From Candidatus Bathyarchaeota archaeon (GTDB lineage Archaea > Thermoproteota > DRAE01), in the NCBI GenBank assembly GCA_011041895.1, contig DRAE01000043.1, positions 1 through 41,072 on the forward strand: a stretch of 41,072 nucleotides of DNA, in the 5' to 3' direction. Below the pieces are notes generated by a model, which saw nothing but the letters and a program-made list of their open reading frames with translations, was not told the DNA's origin and did not search any database. A program made the position numbers and the translations under genes. Shown piece by piece: positions 31,157-41,072 of this stretch. Each line of letters begins with the position of its first letter. Position 1 is the stretch's first letter.

Positions 31157-33241
31157 GTGGGGATCATGAGAAGAATTTTAATTATCGCTGAGAAACCATC
31201 AGCTGCAAAGAAAATTGCATACGCCCTCTCGGACAAAGGAGTTAGAATTGTAAAAGTAGGAAAAACGCCAATTTATGCTACAACCTTTAAAGGGCAACAA
31301 ATATATGTGGCCTACGCTATGGGGCATCTTTATAACATTGTACAGAAAAGTGGTGGATGGATATTCCCCGTATACAACATAAAGTGGGAGAGAACTTCTC
31401 CAAAGGATAGGAGTTACAATGAAAGAATAAAGGAGACTATTCAAGCTATAGCAAAAATAGCTAGGGAAGTCGATGAAATAGTAGTCGCATGCGATTATGA
31501 CATAGAGGGAAGCTTAATAGGATACAATGTAGTTAAATATGCTTGCGGTGAAAAATACTTTAAGAAAAGCAGCCGGATGATATTTTCAACGCTAACGAGA
31601 AACGAGTTGCGAAAAGCCTTCGATAGAAGATTAAAGACTTTAGATTGGCCCGTTATTGAAGCTGGTAAAATGAGACATGAGATCGATTGGATCTTTGGAA
31701 TAAACCTTTCACGTGCACTAACCCTATCTCTTAGAAGAGTAGGTGATCGAGAGAGGATACTTAGCATTGGCAGAGTGCAGGGCCCTACGCTTAAACTCCT
31801 AGCAGAGAGAGAAATCGATATAAACACTCATGTTCCACTGCCCTATTGGAAAGCGAGAGCCATAGTGGAGATAAATGGTGTAAAATATGTTGCCGAATAT
31901 GCTGGAGGAAACATCGAATCTGAGGAAAAGGCCTTAGAAATTAAAAAGATCAGAGATAAGTATGCTACTGTAAAGAAAATCGAGAGAAAAGTCACTAAGG
32001 AACGACCTCCACCACCATTTAATTTAGGAGAGTTACAGAGAGAAGCTTACAGAATCTATAGGATAAGCCCTGGAAAAACACTAGAAATCTCCGAAAAGCT
32101 GTATCTTCAAGCTCTTATATCATATCCTCGAACCGGAAGCGAACAAATACCCGACAGTATAGACGTTAAGGGAATAATAGAAAAACTGGGTGAAATGAGA
32201 GAATACAGAGACCTTGTTCAGAAAATATTTGAACACAGTAAAAGGCCTAAACCTGTAAAGGGGAAAGGTACAGACCCTGCGCATCCGGCGATACATCCTA
32301 CTGGAGAAAAAGTAAATATAAAACTGTCGGGAAATGACAGAAAGATTTACGATCTTATCGTGAGAAGATTTCTGGCAAGTTGTTATAGGAGTATGACCAA
32401 AAGTGAGACGAGAGCATTATTGGACATAGAAGGGCATTTATTCGTATTGAAGGGGGTAGAAATCATTGATCATGGATGGCTCAAAATCTATCCCTTTAAG
32501 AAAGTAACTGAAAAACCATTCCCACGGATAGTTGAGGGAATGAAACTCAAAGTTATAAGAGTAGAGGTAGAGGAGAAGTATACGAAGCCCAAGCCTAGAT
32601 ACAATGTAAGGTCGCTTCTTAAAAAAATGGAGAATCTTGGGCTTGGAACAAAAGCTACAAGGGCTGAAATCATTGAAATACTGTTCTCCAGAAGGTATCT
32701 GGAGAATCCAAACAATATAGAGGTAACGGATCTTGGAATGAAGGTATCTGAAATACTATCTAAGATTTGCCCTGAAATACTTTCAGTGGAGCTCACCAGA
32801 AATGTCGAGCAAATAATAGATGAACTTAAAAGTGAATACTTGACATCCGAGTATAGAAAAGTAATCGTAGCAAATACTGTACTTGGGCTTTACAGCGTTC
32901 TTAGTAAGATGAAGAAAAATGAAATAAACATTGGACAAAGTCTAGTTGGAAAGGATTTTAAGCCGCATGTAGAGGGAAAACCTATAGGTAGGTGCCCAGT
33001 ATGCGGGAATCAGCTTCTCATAGTGCGATCTAAAAAAACTAAGAAGAGATTCATAGTCTGCTATGGTAGAACTACTGGTGAATGCGACGTTACACAACCC
33101 TTACCCCAGAAGGGGCGAATACGACCACTACATGAAACATGTAAGTATTGTGGATATCCGCTTTTAGCATGCGTAAGTAAGGGAAAGGAGTGGGTATTTT
33201 GCACAAATATAAGGTGCCCAGGCAAGAGGAAAAATGTGTAA
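31157..33241 (+). CDS. topA: Type IA DNA topoisomerase with C-terminal zinc ribbons
   Basis: IIAEKPS, GH, CDYDIEG, SIGRVQGPTL, ISYPRT (catalytic Tyr), AHPAIHPT, GLGTKATR. Confidence 0.96.
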   Translation: MGIMRRILIIAEKPSAAKKIAYALSDKGVRIVKVGKTPIYATTFKGQQIYVAYAMGHLYNIVQKSGGWIFPVYNIKWERTSPKDRSYNERIKETIQAIAKIAREVDEIVVACDYDIEGSLIGYNVVKYACGEKYFKKSSRMIFSTLTRNELRKAFDRRLKTLDWPVIEAGKMRHEIDWIFGINLSRALTLSLRRVGDRERILSIGRVQGPTLKLLAEREIDINTHVPLPYWKARAIVEINGVKYVAEYAGGNIESEEKALEIKKIRDKYATVKKIERKVTKERPPPPFNLGELQREAYRIYRISPGKTLEISEKLYLQALISYPRTGSEQIPDSIDVKGIIEKLGEMREYRDLVQKIFEHSKRPKPVKGKGTDPAHPAIHPTGEKVNIKLSGNDRKIYDLIVRRFLASCYRSMTKSETRALLDIEGHLFVLKGVEIIDHGWLKIYPFKKVTEKPFPRIVEGMKLKVIRVEVEEKYTKPKPRYNVRSLLKKMENLGLGTKATRAEIIEILFSRRYLENPNNIEVTDLGMKVSEILSKICPEILSVELTRNVEQIIDELKSEYLTSEYRKVIVANTVLGLYSVLSKMKKNEINIGQSLVGKDFKPHVEGKPIGRCPVCGNQLLIVRSKKTKKRFIVCYGRTTGECDVTQPLPQKGRIRPLHETCKYCGYPLLACVSKGKEWVFCTNIRCPGKRKNV

Positions 33242-33459
33242 TTTGTGATAGACTAAGAGAAAGTGAAAGCCTATACTGTAAATATCATAGGTTAGCATAT
33301 GAGAGACTGAAGAGTGGATATAATGAATGGAGAAAAAGAAAGAAAAACATTACTTGGAGTAAATATTTGGATGTAGTCTATAATAACAAATACACAGGTA
33401 AGTGGATAAAAGAGGTAATAGAGGGCATCCGGAGAGGGAAGCATGAAGGAAAAACTTAA
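33214..33459 (+). CDS. Small Cys/His-motif hypothetical protein overlapping the topA end
   Basis: CVIC...YCKYH..AY...Y..W......W..YL........GKW.KEV; overlaps both neighbours. Start uncertain (33190 or 33214). Confidence 0.7.
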   Translation: MPRQEEKCVICDRLRESESLYCKYHRLAYERLKSGYNEWRKRKKNITWSKYLDVVYNNKYTGKWIKEVIEGIRRGKHEGKT

Positions 33460-33871
33460 GAAACTGAAAAGAAAAATTAATTTTCTCTCATACAAGCTGG
33501 ATAGAAAGCTGTACTCGTTCGAGAGAAAAATTGCAAGGATGAAGGTCCCCGACTACATTTATGTTATGCTGATAGCAGCAGTGTACGTCTTCATGCTAAG
33601 CGGTGGAGTGTATGTGCTGATGGAAGAACCTCTATTTTACCATATAGTTTATCCAATATACCCTAGCGTATGGGGCCAAACAGTCGCTGAAACCATACTT
33701 ATAATGTTTACATGCATTATGGGAATATCTGGATTATATATGTACCATATAGGCTCCAAAAACATATACAACAGAGATTATGCACTTAAGATGTTTGTAC
33801 TAGGCACAATATTCATTTTCACAGCTATAGCAATACTGATGTATGCAATTAGTGTAAAAATAGCAATGTAG
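33443..33871 (+). CDS. DC2/OSTC- or OST3/OST6-like three-TM membrane protein
   Basis: FMLSGGVY...EP...GQTVAE...MGISG pattern with three hydrophobic helices. Confidence 0.65.
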   Translation: MKEKLKKLKRKINFLSYKLDRKLYSFERKIARMKVPDYIYVMLIAAVYVFMLSGGVYVLMEEPLFYHIVYPIYPSVWGQTVAETILIMFTCIMGISGLYMYHIGSKNIYNRDYALKMFVLGTIFIFTAIAILMYAISVKIAM

Positions 33872-35576
33872 AAAGGAGAAGAGCCAATACAACTTGCATG
33901 ATAAATGATAATTTTAGTCTCTTTAACGACTCAACTAGGAAAAATTCAAGTTTATCAAAGCATCCTTCCATTGTTATAACTGGAAAGTAGATTCTGCACG
34001 CCGAAAATCTGAACGGTGAAAGATCTTCTATCGCCTTGTCAACGCAGTCAGTTATTTCCTTGAGTAGTTCCTCGTATGATATTTTGATGCCAACTGGAAC
34101 ATATTTATAAGCAGGATTTCTACCGTCGAGAATGTGTGTATCCGTGGTAATAATCTTGAACTCAAAACCGTATCTGCGTTTTAGATCTTTTGAAAGGTTG
34201 ACTTTATAATCCCTCAGAATATTATTCCCATCTATTACTACCATGCCAAATTGTTTTCCATCGATATCTAGGACAAAACTCCTAATACCTCCGGGACCAA
34301 GCCCCTTCTCATAATGTGTAGGAATATTTAACTTGGCAAAGCCTATTTTACATTTCTCAGATAACTTGATAGAGCCTACACGTTTCCTATAGTTAGCAAG
34401 AACGTTCATAAGTGCATTGTATTCCTTTTCAGTAAACGTTTTAGAGAAGGGATATGGCTCCTCAAGAAGAGTTGTCGAGTTATGTGCGTCTACTACGGTA
34501 ACAGGTGAACCTATCTCTGCTTCAACAAGTTTTTGCACGGTGAAGGGCAAGTCCTCGTTTATATCCCTGTCAAGCTCCATTACACAGAGGATATGCCCAC
34601 CTAGGGATATGAAAAGGGAGTTCAGGCAATCACTTCTAAGCTCAGTAACCCCCATCGGCACTTTTCTAGATTTCTTTTCGCATATGAGAATAGCTCTTGC
34701 AAGTTCCATCCACAAATGTCGCCTAAATCCCGGTGAAACAACATTTTCATTATGTGTAGAAGGCCCCTTGGTCACTATACACTTTAAGTTGTTTGACTCA
34801 AGACGCTTTATGACGAAGCCTGGTATATCGCTTGAACCCACATTTCTGAATGGGCCGAAATGTATACAAAAATTTATCCAGGCAATGGCGTCTTTACCTC
34901 TCTTGAAATATAACAGGTCACAGAAAAGAACCTTAAGCTTCCCCATCGATGAAAATATCATGTTTAACGCAGAACGTTTCAGATGGATCCAATTGTCGAG
35001 AAAGGCATAGACAATATCTGTCCCGCGAAAAGGGGAAATCGCATACCCTAGTTTATCGATCGACAAGCACATCCATTTGAGCGCGAGCAAAGCTGAGAGA
35101 ACTGCAAAAACGAATGAAAGTGGTGCCACCTTTTCACATATAAGTATATATGCGGGAACGATGAAAACCATAGATTCCAAAATATAAAGTTTCGACCTAG
35201 CTATGAACTTGAAAACAAGCATAGATATGAATGTGGAAACAGTACATGCTACTGTGAAAATAAGAGATAAAGCCTCGATAAACATGGATAGAGCTAGAGA
35301 AATCGCTAATATAGCTAATGAGATTACAGAAAGTGTAAGAACTCTCTTAACATCTAATCCGTTATCGCTCAAAAACTTTCCGAATACAAAACTTAACAGT
35401 AAGTATAGACATGATACAACAGCTGACAGAAAAAGCCAATCATGTATTGGCGATAAGTGTTTTAAGCTTGCAACATATGAGGATGTAAAGGAGAAAAAAA
35501 GGAGACAGAGAATAGATAGAGACGGTTTGATAGAGCGAGGTATGCTTTTATAGTACGATACAAAAGCCTTGACCAT
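33849..35576 (-). CDS. DUF2070-family membrane protein
   Basis: N-terminal TM bundle; IHFGPFRNVGSS.IP, H...STH, VDAHN, IDGNN, TTDTH. Confidence 0.88.
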   Translation of the reverse strand: MVKAFVSYYKSIPRSIKPSLSILCLLFFSFTSSYVASLKHLSPIHDWLFLSAVVSCLYLLLSFVFGKFLSDNGLDVKRVLTLSVISLAILAISLALSMFIEALSLIFTVACTVSTFISMLVFKFIARSKLYILESMVFIVPAYILICEKVAPLSFVFAVLSALLALKWMCLSIDKLGYAISPFRGTDIVYAFLDNWIHLKRSALNMIFSSMGKLKVLFCDLLYFKRGKDAIAWINFCIHFGPFRNVGSSDIPGFVIKRLESNNLKCIVTKGPSTHNENVVSPGFRRHLWMELARAILICEKKSRKVPMGVTELRSDCLNSLFISLGGHILCVMELDRDINEDLPFTVQKLVEAEIGSPVTVVDAHNSTTLLEEPYPFSKTFTEKEYNALMNVLANYRKRVGSIKLSEKCKIGFAKLNIPTHYEKGLGPGGIRSFVLDIDGKQFGMVVIDGNNILRDYKVNLSKDLKRRYGFEFKIITTDTHILDGRNPAYKYVPVGIKISYEELLKEITDCVDKAIEDLSPFRFSACRIYFPVITMEGCFDKLEFFLVESLKRLKLSFIMQVVLALLLSTLLFLH

Positions 35577-35578
35577 TT

Positions 35579-35767
35579 CTATGGTGTAATTGTTTTAGGC
35601 CCAAAAACGTTAGCAAGAATCACGATAGTCATCAGTATTACAGTTAGAGCTACGACAAAATATGGTGAAATCTTGAATCCGTAACTTTCTTCCTCGTAGA
35701 ATCTTAGTAGGCCTGCGCTGGATGCAGGCCCCTTTGCTCTTCTCTCCCTACGTTCTCGGCGAGACAT
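35579..35767 (-). CDS. sec61b: Preprotein translocase subunit Sec61-beta
   Basis: SAGLLRFYEE....KISP followed by a single TM helix. Confidence 0.93.
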   Translation of the reverse strand: MSRRERRERRAKGPASSAGLLRFYEEESYGFKISPYFVVALTVILMTIVILANVFGPKTITP

Positions 35768-35795
35768 TTCAAAAAATAAAAAGTGAGAAAAATAT

Positions 35796-36761
35796 TTAGG
35801 TTATACCGCAAAGTTCAAGTAACTGGTTCCATTCTTTATCTACGTCTTCCTGTATCCTTGCGATTAAATCTTCTCTTTTCTCTGGCTTAAATAGGTGAGC
35901 AAATCGCCCCTGCAATTTGAGATATTCCTCGATAGGTTTCTTTAGCTTCGGGTTTTTAGCTATCGCGAGACTTGGCGGTGAGAGTTTGTATTCTCTAGTT
36001 TCAGGATCATATTCCCATAATGGAAATGCACAGGTTTCAACAGCGAGTTTAGCAACCCTTATAGTCATGTTCGGCGGGAATCTCCATCCTCTGCAGCATG
36101 GGCTTATCGCATGTATGAAAGCTGGGCCCTTGTATTCTATTCCCTTGCGCGCCTTCTCCATTAAGTCACGCCAATAAGCAGGTGACGCTGTCGCAACATA
36201 TGCATTTCCATGAGCAGCTATTATGTTGGCAATTGGTTTTCTAGCCTCTAGCTTCCCTGGTATGACTTTTCCAACTTGACTAGTTGTCGTCCAAGCGTAA
36301 CGTGGAGTAGCACCTGATCTCTGGATACCAGTGTTCATGTAGGCATTGTTATCATAAAGGACATAGAGGAAATTGTGACCCCTCTCTATAGCGCCACTTA
36401 GGGACTGGAGACCAATATCCACGGTGCCTCCGTCGCCACCAAAGACTATAATGTCTGGAACCTTTTTAACTACTCCCTTGTCTTTGAGAGCCTTAAACGC
36501 TAGCTCCACACCACTAGCTGTCGCGGCAGCGTTCTCGAATGCATTGTGAATCCATGGAACCGCCCATGCAGTATATGGGAATATGGTGCCAGCGACCTCC
36601 CAACAGCCGGTTGCATGAACGACTACTACATGTTTTGGGTCAGGAACGCTATGCATAACTAGTCTACCTATGATCCCAGCTGCACAGCCAGCGCATAGTC
36701 TGTGGCCTGATGTGAATAAACTTCTTTTTTTAGCTAGCTCACGCAAATTTATCCAACTCAT
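35796..36761 (-). CDS. porB: Pyruvate/2-oxoacid:ferredoxin oxidoreductase beta subunit
   Basis: GHRLCAGC, TGC, GGDGGT.DIG, YDN.AYMNTGIQRS. Confidence 0.95.
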   Translation of the reverse strand: MSWINLRELAKKRSLFTSGHRLCAGCAAGIIGRLVMHSVPDPKHVVVVHATGCWEVAGTIFPYTAWAVPWIHNAFENAAATASGVELAFKALKDKGVVKKVPDIIVFGGDGGTVDIGLQSLSGAIERGHNFLYVLYDNNAYMNTGIQRSGATPRYAWTTTSQVGKVIPGKLEARKPIANIIAAHGNAYVATASPAYWRDLMEKARKGIEYKGPAFIHAISPCCRGWRFPPNMTIRVAKLAVETCAFPLWEYDPETREYKLSPPSLAIAKNPKLKKPIEEYLKLQGRFAHLFKPEKREDLIARIQEDVDKEWNQLLELCGIT

Positions 36762-37975
36762 TCTCTCACCCCTACAAACTCAATCTTCCTCTTTGGTTTT
36801 CCAGATTTTACAGTTTCAACTAAGTCATCGTAGATGGATTTCAGCATTTCCATGGTCATGTCTCTTCCACCAAGGCCATAGATGTAACCATTGATGAATG
36901 GATGTACATCGGAGTCGTAGAGGGCGGATCTAACCTCATTGTACACGGGGCCTCCCATTGCTCCGAAGGCACCGCTTCTGTCAAGCACAGCCACCCCTTT
37001 GACTCCCTCAAGCGCCTTTGGAAGTTCCTCATATGGGAATGGTCTAAATGTTCTAATTCGTACAAGCCCTAATTTATCATCTCCCTTGCTGATTAGCTTG
37101 TCGATCAATGACTTGACTGTTCCCGCTGTTGAGCTTAGGCATATGAATGCATACTCGGCTGAATCCATGTTATATGTCTCTATGAACCCATTTCCATAGC
37201 TCCTTCCACTAATCTTAGCGTACTCATCATGAACCTTCCTTATAACCTCGCGCGACTTTTCCATTGCATCCTCCTGTTGACGCTTATGCTCAAAATAGTA
37301 ATCCCATAAGTCTAAAGGCCCAAATGTCAAGGGAACCTCATTTTCAGGATTTAGTGTTAGTGGAACTTTCTTGCCGAATACCTCGATTTCAGCTGGAATC
37401 CTGTGCTTGACAAAGTTACTTACTTTTTCATCCTCTAAAACGTCCACGTTTTGAGTTGTGTGGCTGATTAGGAAGCCGTCAAGCATTACCATTACTGGAA
37501 GAAGAACCTTATGGTTTTCGCCTATTCTGAAAGCTTGTATCACGGTGTCATATGCTTCCTGTGCGTCTTCACAATATATCTGAATCCAGCATGCGTCTCT
37601 CTCAGCCATGCTGTCTCCGTGATCTGTGTGTATATTTATCGGGCCGCTTAGCGCTCTGTTGACGATGGCCATGACAACTGGCAGACGAAGGGAAGATACA
37701 ATATATAGTATCTCGTGCATCAGGGCTAGTCCATTTGCTGACGTGGCTGTGAACGTTCTAGCTCCTGCTGCTGACGCTCCAACGATCATAGAAATTGCCG
37801 AATGCTCCGATTCTGCGCAAGCATAGTATGCCTTGAGCTCTCCGTTTGCAACATACTCGGATAGTTTCTCCACTATTATGGTTTGGGGAGTTATTGGGAA
37901 CGCCGCTATAACGTCGACATTTGACTGTTTAACGGCATATGCAACAGCTTCATCACCATTTAGAGCTAGCATCAT
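36758..37975 (-). CDS. porA: Pyruvate/2-oxoacid:ferredoxin oxidoreductase alpha subunit
   Basis: AFPITPQT, ESEHSA, TATS..GL.LM.E, GLGGRD. Confidence 0.95.
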   Translation of the reverse strand: MMLALNGDEAVAYAVKQSNVDVIAAFPITPQTIIVEKLSEYVANGELKAYYACAESEHSAISMIVGASAAGARTFTATSANGLALMHEILYIVSSLRLPVVMAIVNRALSGPINIHTDHGDSMAERDACWIQIYCEDAQEAYDTVIQAFRIGENHKVLLPVMVMLDGFLISHTTQNVDVLEDEKVSNFVKHRIPAEIEVFGKKVPLTLNPENEVPLTFGPLDLWDYYFEHKRQQEDAMEKSREVIRKVHDEYAKISGRSYGNGFIETYNMDSAEYAFICLSSTAGTVKSLIDKLISKGDDKLGLVRIRTFRPFPYEELPKALEGVKGVAVLDRSGAFGAMGGPVYNEVRSALYDSDVHPFINGYIYGLGGRDMTMEMLKSIYDDLVETVKSGKPKRKIEFVGVRE

Positions 37976-37981
37976 CTTCCT

Positions 37982-38263
37982 TCACTCCTCCTTAACCATC
38001 GTTATAGCTTTAACAGGGCACATCTCTGCACAGATTCCACATCCCTTACAATAGCGGTAGTCCACTTGTACGGTGTTGCCATCCCAGACAATGCTGTCAT
38101 CTGGGCAGAAGATCCAGCATGTTAAGCATTTAGTGCACTTACTTTGATCAATCACCGGCTTAAATGTTCTCCAGTCCCCAGTATGATATTCCGTTGCCTT
38201 CTTGAATGGAACCCCAGCTATCGGAATCTGCTTCCAACCGGGCTTGGCAAGATCTTCACTCAA
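37982..38263 (-). CDS. porD: Pyruvate/2-oxoacid:ferredoxin oxidoreductase delta subunit
   Basis: TGDWRTFKP and two CxxCxxCxxxCP-type motifs. TTG at 38263 with GGAGGT SD preferred. Confidence 0.93.
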   Translation of the reverse strand: MSEDLAKPGWKQIPIAGVPFKKATEYHTGDWRTFKPVIDQSKCTKCLTCWIFCPDDSIVWDGNTVQVDYRYCKGCGICAEMCPVKAITMVKEE

Positions 38264-38822
38264 CTTTCTTAACCTCCTTGTAAGCTTCTTTAATAAGCTC
38301 AATGTTCTTTCTAGCTATCTCCTCTGAAAATCTCTCGAGGAAGATCTCTCTCGTCGTCTCAAGCATTGTTTTCAATGGTATTACTTCTCTGGCCTTCAGC
38401 AGTGCACCCAACATAGCAGTATTTGTGATACCTCTGCCTAGAATTTTAACCGCTAGGCTTGTGGCATCTAGGAACCATATGTCGTGTGGACCCTTCATCT
38501 TGTCAATGTATTGTTCAAGATACTTCTCGGGTATGTTTAGAACTAGTGCTCCATTCTCCTTTAACCCGCTTGTGACGGGGACACTCTTTAGTAGGGTATG
38601 GTCTAAAACTACTACGATATCTGGGTTATAGATTCCACAGTGTATCCTGATGGGTTCCTTAGATATTCTGGCATATGCTCTTATGGGAGCCCCTTCTCTT
38701 TCAGGACCGAACTCTGGAAAGCTTTGGACATACATGCCTTCCCTGATGGCGGCCCTTGCAAGTATCTGTACGGCAGTCCAAGCTCCTTGGCCACCTCTAC
38801 CATGAAAACGTATTTCTATCAA
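38256..38822 (-). CDS. porG: Pyruvate/2-oxoacid:ferredoxin oxidoreductase gamma subunit
   Basis: EIRFHGRGGQG, FGPEREGAP, NTAMLGA. Confidence 0.95.
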   Translation of the reverse strand: MIEIRFHGRGGQGAWTAVQILARAAIREGMYVQSFPEFGPEREGAPIRAYARISKEPIRIHCGIYNPDIVVVLDHTLLKSVPVTSGLKENGALVLNIPEKYLEQYIDKMKGPHDIWFLDATSLAVKILGRGITNTAMLGALLKAREVIPLKTMLETTREIFLERFSEEIARKNIELIKEAYKEVKKVE

Positions 38823-38888
38823 CTTTAGTCACCTATTCTTACAGTTAAATACAATAGGTTAACAGTTGATTTATATTTAGCGGAGGGA

Positions 38889-40199
38889 GTGAATGTGAGC
38901 GAAGAATATAAAAGAGCGATTGAACTTATGAAGAAACATCATGAGTGGATGCATCAAACGATAAATTTGATAGCAAGCGAGAACGTCTCATCACCTGCAG
39001 TAAGGATGGCCATGACATGTGACTTTGGACACCGATACGCTGAAGGATGGCCCGGTGAACGAGTCTATGCAGGATGCATATACATCGATGAAATGGAGCT
39101 TTTAGCTATTGACTTGATGAAAGAAATCTTTAAGGCAGAGTTCGCGGATGTGAGGCCTATATCAGGAGTGGTAGCTAATCTTGCAATTTATACAGCGTTT
39201 ACCAAACCCGGAGACAGAATGATGGCATTATCAATACCATGTGGTGGCCATATAAGTATGGGAAGAGGAAAAATAGGTGGAACTGCAGGGGCAGTCCATG
39301 GCTTAAGGGTAACATATTTCCCATACAATGAAAAAGAGCTAAACATAGACCCTGATGCAACAATAAAGAAAATTAGAAGAAGCTTTGAGAAAGGTAAAAA
39401 AATAAAGTTGTTAATGTTCGGGGGGAGCGTATTCCCATTTCCACATCCTGTGAAAGAGATTGCAGATGTAGCAAAGGAATATGATATAATTGTGAACTAT
39501 GATGCAGCACATGTTGCAGGGCTAATAGCAGGAGGGATTTTCCAAGATCCCTTGAGGGAAGGTGCAGATACCATGACTATGAGCACGCACAAGACTCTTC
39601 CAGGGCCGCAGCGTGGAGCTATAGTTGCCTATGAAAAATATGCTGAACCTATTAAGAGAGCAGTATTCCCAGGACTTGTAAGTAATCACCATCTGCATAG
39701 CATTGCAGCTCTTGTAATAGCGTTAGCTGAAATAAAGGCCTTTGGTGAAGACTATGCCCGAGCCATTGTGAAAAATGCAAAAGCATTAGCACAGGCACTT
39801 TATGAAAGGGGGTTAAATGTGCTAGGCGAGGAAAAAGGGTTCACAGAGTCCCATGTACTTCTTGTGGACATTACAAAATATGGCGATGGCGGTACTCTTG
39901 AAAAGAAGTTGGAGAGTGCTAACATAATAGTCAACAGAAACCTGCTTCCATGGGATATAAGAGAAGGAAGAAACTATATGCACCCAGGAGGAATCAGACT
40001 TGGAACAAGCGAAGTAACAAGACTTGGCATGGGACCGTCAGAAATGGAGGACATAGCTGAGTTCATAGCAAGGGTAGTCGTTAAAGGCGAGGATGTCGAT
40101 AAAGTTGCAAAGGATGTGGCTGAATTTAGGAAAGAGTATACGAAACTTCACTACTGCTTTGAGACAGTCGAAGACGCCTACAGGTACTTGGGACCGTAG
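38889..40199 (+). CDS. glyA: Serine hydroxymethyltransferase
   Basis: LIASEN, RYAEG, GGHIS, YDAAHVAGLIAG, STHKTLPGP, GIRLGT. Confidence 0.98.
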   Translation: MNVSEEYKRAIELMKKHHEWMHQTINLIASENVSSPAVRMAMTCDFGHRYAEGWPGERVYAGCIYIDEMELLAIDLMKEIFKAEFADVRPISGVVANLAIYTAFTKPGDRMMALSIPCGGHISMGRGKIGGTAGAVHGLRVTYFPYNEKELNIDPDATIKKIRRSFEKGKKIKLLMFGGSVFPFPHPVKEIADVAKEYDIIVNYDAAHVAGLIAGGIFQDPLREGADTMTMSTHKTLPGPQRGAIVAYEKYAEPIKRAVFPGLVSNHHLHSIAALVIALAEIKAFGEDYARAIVKNAKALAQALYERGLNVLGEEKGFTESHVLLVDITKYGDGGTLEKKLESANIIVNRNLLPWDIREGRNYMHPGGIRLGTSEVTRLGMGPSEMEDIAEFIARVVVKGEDVDKVAKDVAEFRKEYTKLHYCFETVEDAYRYLGP

Positions 40200-40287
40200 A
40201 AATAAAGATATAAAAGAAAAATGTAAGATATATAAGGAATTTCCCTAGAGACCCTTCTAAGTTTCTTATTTGTAAGGTGATGCAGAC

Positions 40288-41072
40288 TTGAAGCTGAATG
40301 AATTCTACCTAGCAAGGAACCCCCCAATAGTGACGGACAGACTTTCATACGACAGAATGCTAGATGAGCTAATGCATTCAGGCGTAGGTGATCTAATAGT
40401 CACTGATGAAAATGGAACATACAGGGGGCTGCTTAGGTGTACAACTTTAATGAGGCAAGCCTCAGAGGAGCACTGGGAACTTCTCCTAGATAAAAATGCC
40501 CCTGCATTCAAGCTTGGAGATAACCTAAAGAGCGTTCTAAGGAAAATTATTGAACATCGTATGTCAAGTGCTGCAGTAGTTGATGAGAATAATAAAGTGA
40601 TAGGCGGGATAACTGACTGGGAGCTCTTAGCGAAAGTTATCCTTAGACTAACTACTAAGGTTACAGTAGAAGATTTAGCGGAGGTTGAGCCATTTTCAAC
40701 GATATGGTGGGGAACTCCACTCTACTTAGCCAAAAGGATAATGGACATTGACAAAAGTACATGTGCAATTCTGATAGATGAACATGGCAAGCTAGCAGGA
40801 ACCTTAGATTATCCGGCAATTCTACGAGGAAGCGAGAGAGTAACCGTTGAAAAGACTTCAAGTCTCATAGGGCCATCAGGCGACGTGGGAGGATGGGATC
40901 CAGATTCTATATTTTACATCACGAAAAAGGTGCTTACACCATCAAACAAGCCATGCAAAGAGTTCATGTATCCTCTTCTGACATGCTACCAGGAGAGCAG
41001 CGTTCAAGAATGTGCAAAGAACATGCTTATAAAAAGAGTTCCTGCAATTGTAGTGATAGACTATAATGAGAA
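40288..41072 (+). CDS. CBS-domain protein, 3' end outside window
   Basis: Not in the ORF track. Stop-free frame from TTG at 40288 (AGGTGA SD) with repeated CBS motifs (VTDENG...GLL, VVDENNKVIGGIT..ELL, IDEHGKLAG, VPAIVVID). Confidence 0.85.
   Translation, partial: MKLNEFYLARNPPIVTDRLSYDRMLDELMHSGVGDLIVTDENGTYRGLLRCTTLMRQASEEHWELLLDKNAPAFKLGDNLKSVLRKIIEHRMSSAAVVDENNKVIGGITDWELLAKVILRLTTKVTVEDLAEVEPFSTIWWGTPLYLAKRIMDIDKSTCAILIDEHGKLAGTLDYPAILRGSERVTVEKTSSLIGPSGDVGGWDPDSIFYITKKVLTPSNKPCKEFMYPLLTCYQESSVQECAKNMLIKRVPAIVVIDYNE

Overview
Core-genome window of an archaeon. The AT-rich coding DNA beside very GC-rich structural RNAs suggests a (hyper)thermophile, and the rRNA operon layout (16S-23S, no spacer tRNA, no adjacent 5S) and gene content look TACK/Asgard-like. 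It holds a minus-strand 16S-23S operon with a 30-nt BHB intron at 23S position 1927 and an atypical RNase P RNA abutting the 23S 3' processing stem, plus six tRNAs. Protein genes include the aIF2b-aIF1A-rio1-dim2-top6B-top6A cluster, a ~12.4-kb informational superoperon (srp54 to nop10), aglB, gcvT/H, a cofE-like gene, topA, sec61b, porGDAB, glyA and a truncated CBS protein. Three things stand out. (1) There are candidate parts of a eukaryote-like multi-subunit oligosaccharyltransferase: a ribophorin I-like gene missed by the ORF track, a DC2/OST3-like gene and an STT3-like AglB. (2) aIF2-alpha apparently starts at an ATA codon, alongside an initiator tRNA with U1:A72 and substitutions at normally near-invariant rRNA positions. 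(3) The RNase P RNA is compact, lacks P16/P17/P6 and appears co-transcribed with the rRNAs. All family calls are by-eye motif recognition; no searches were run.
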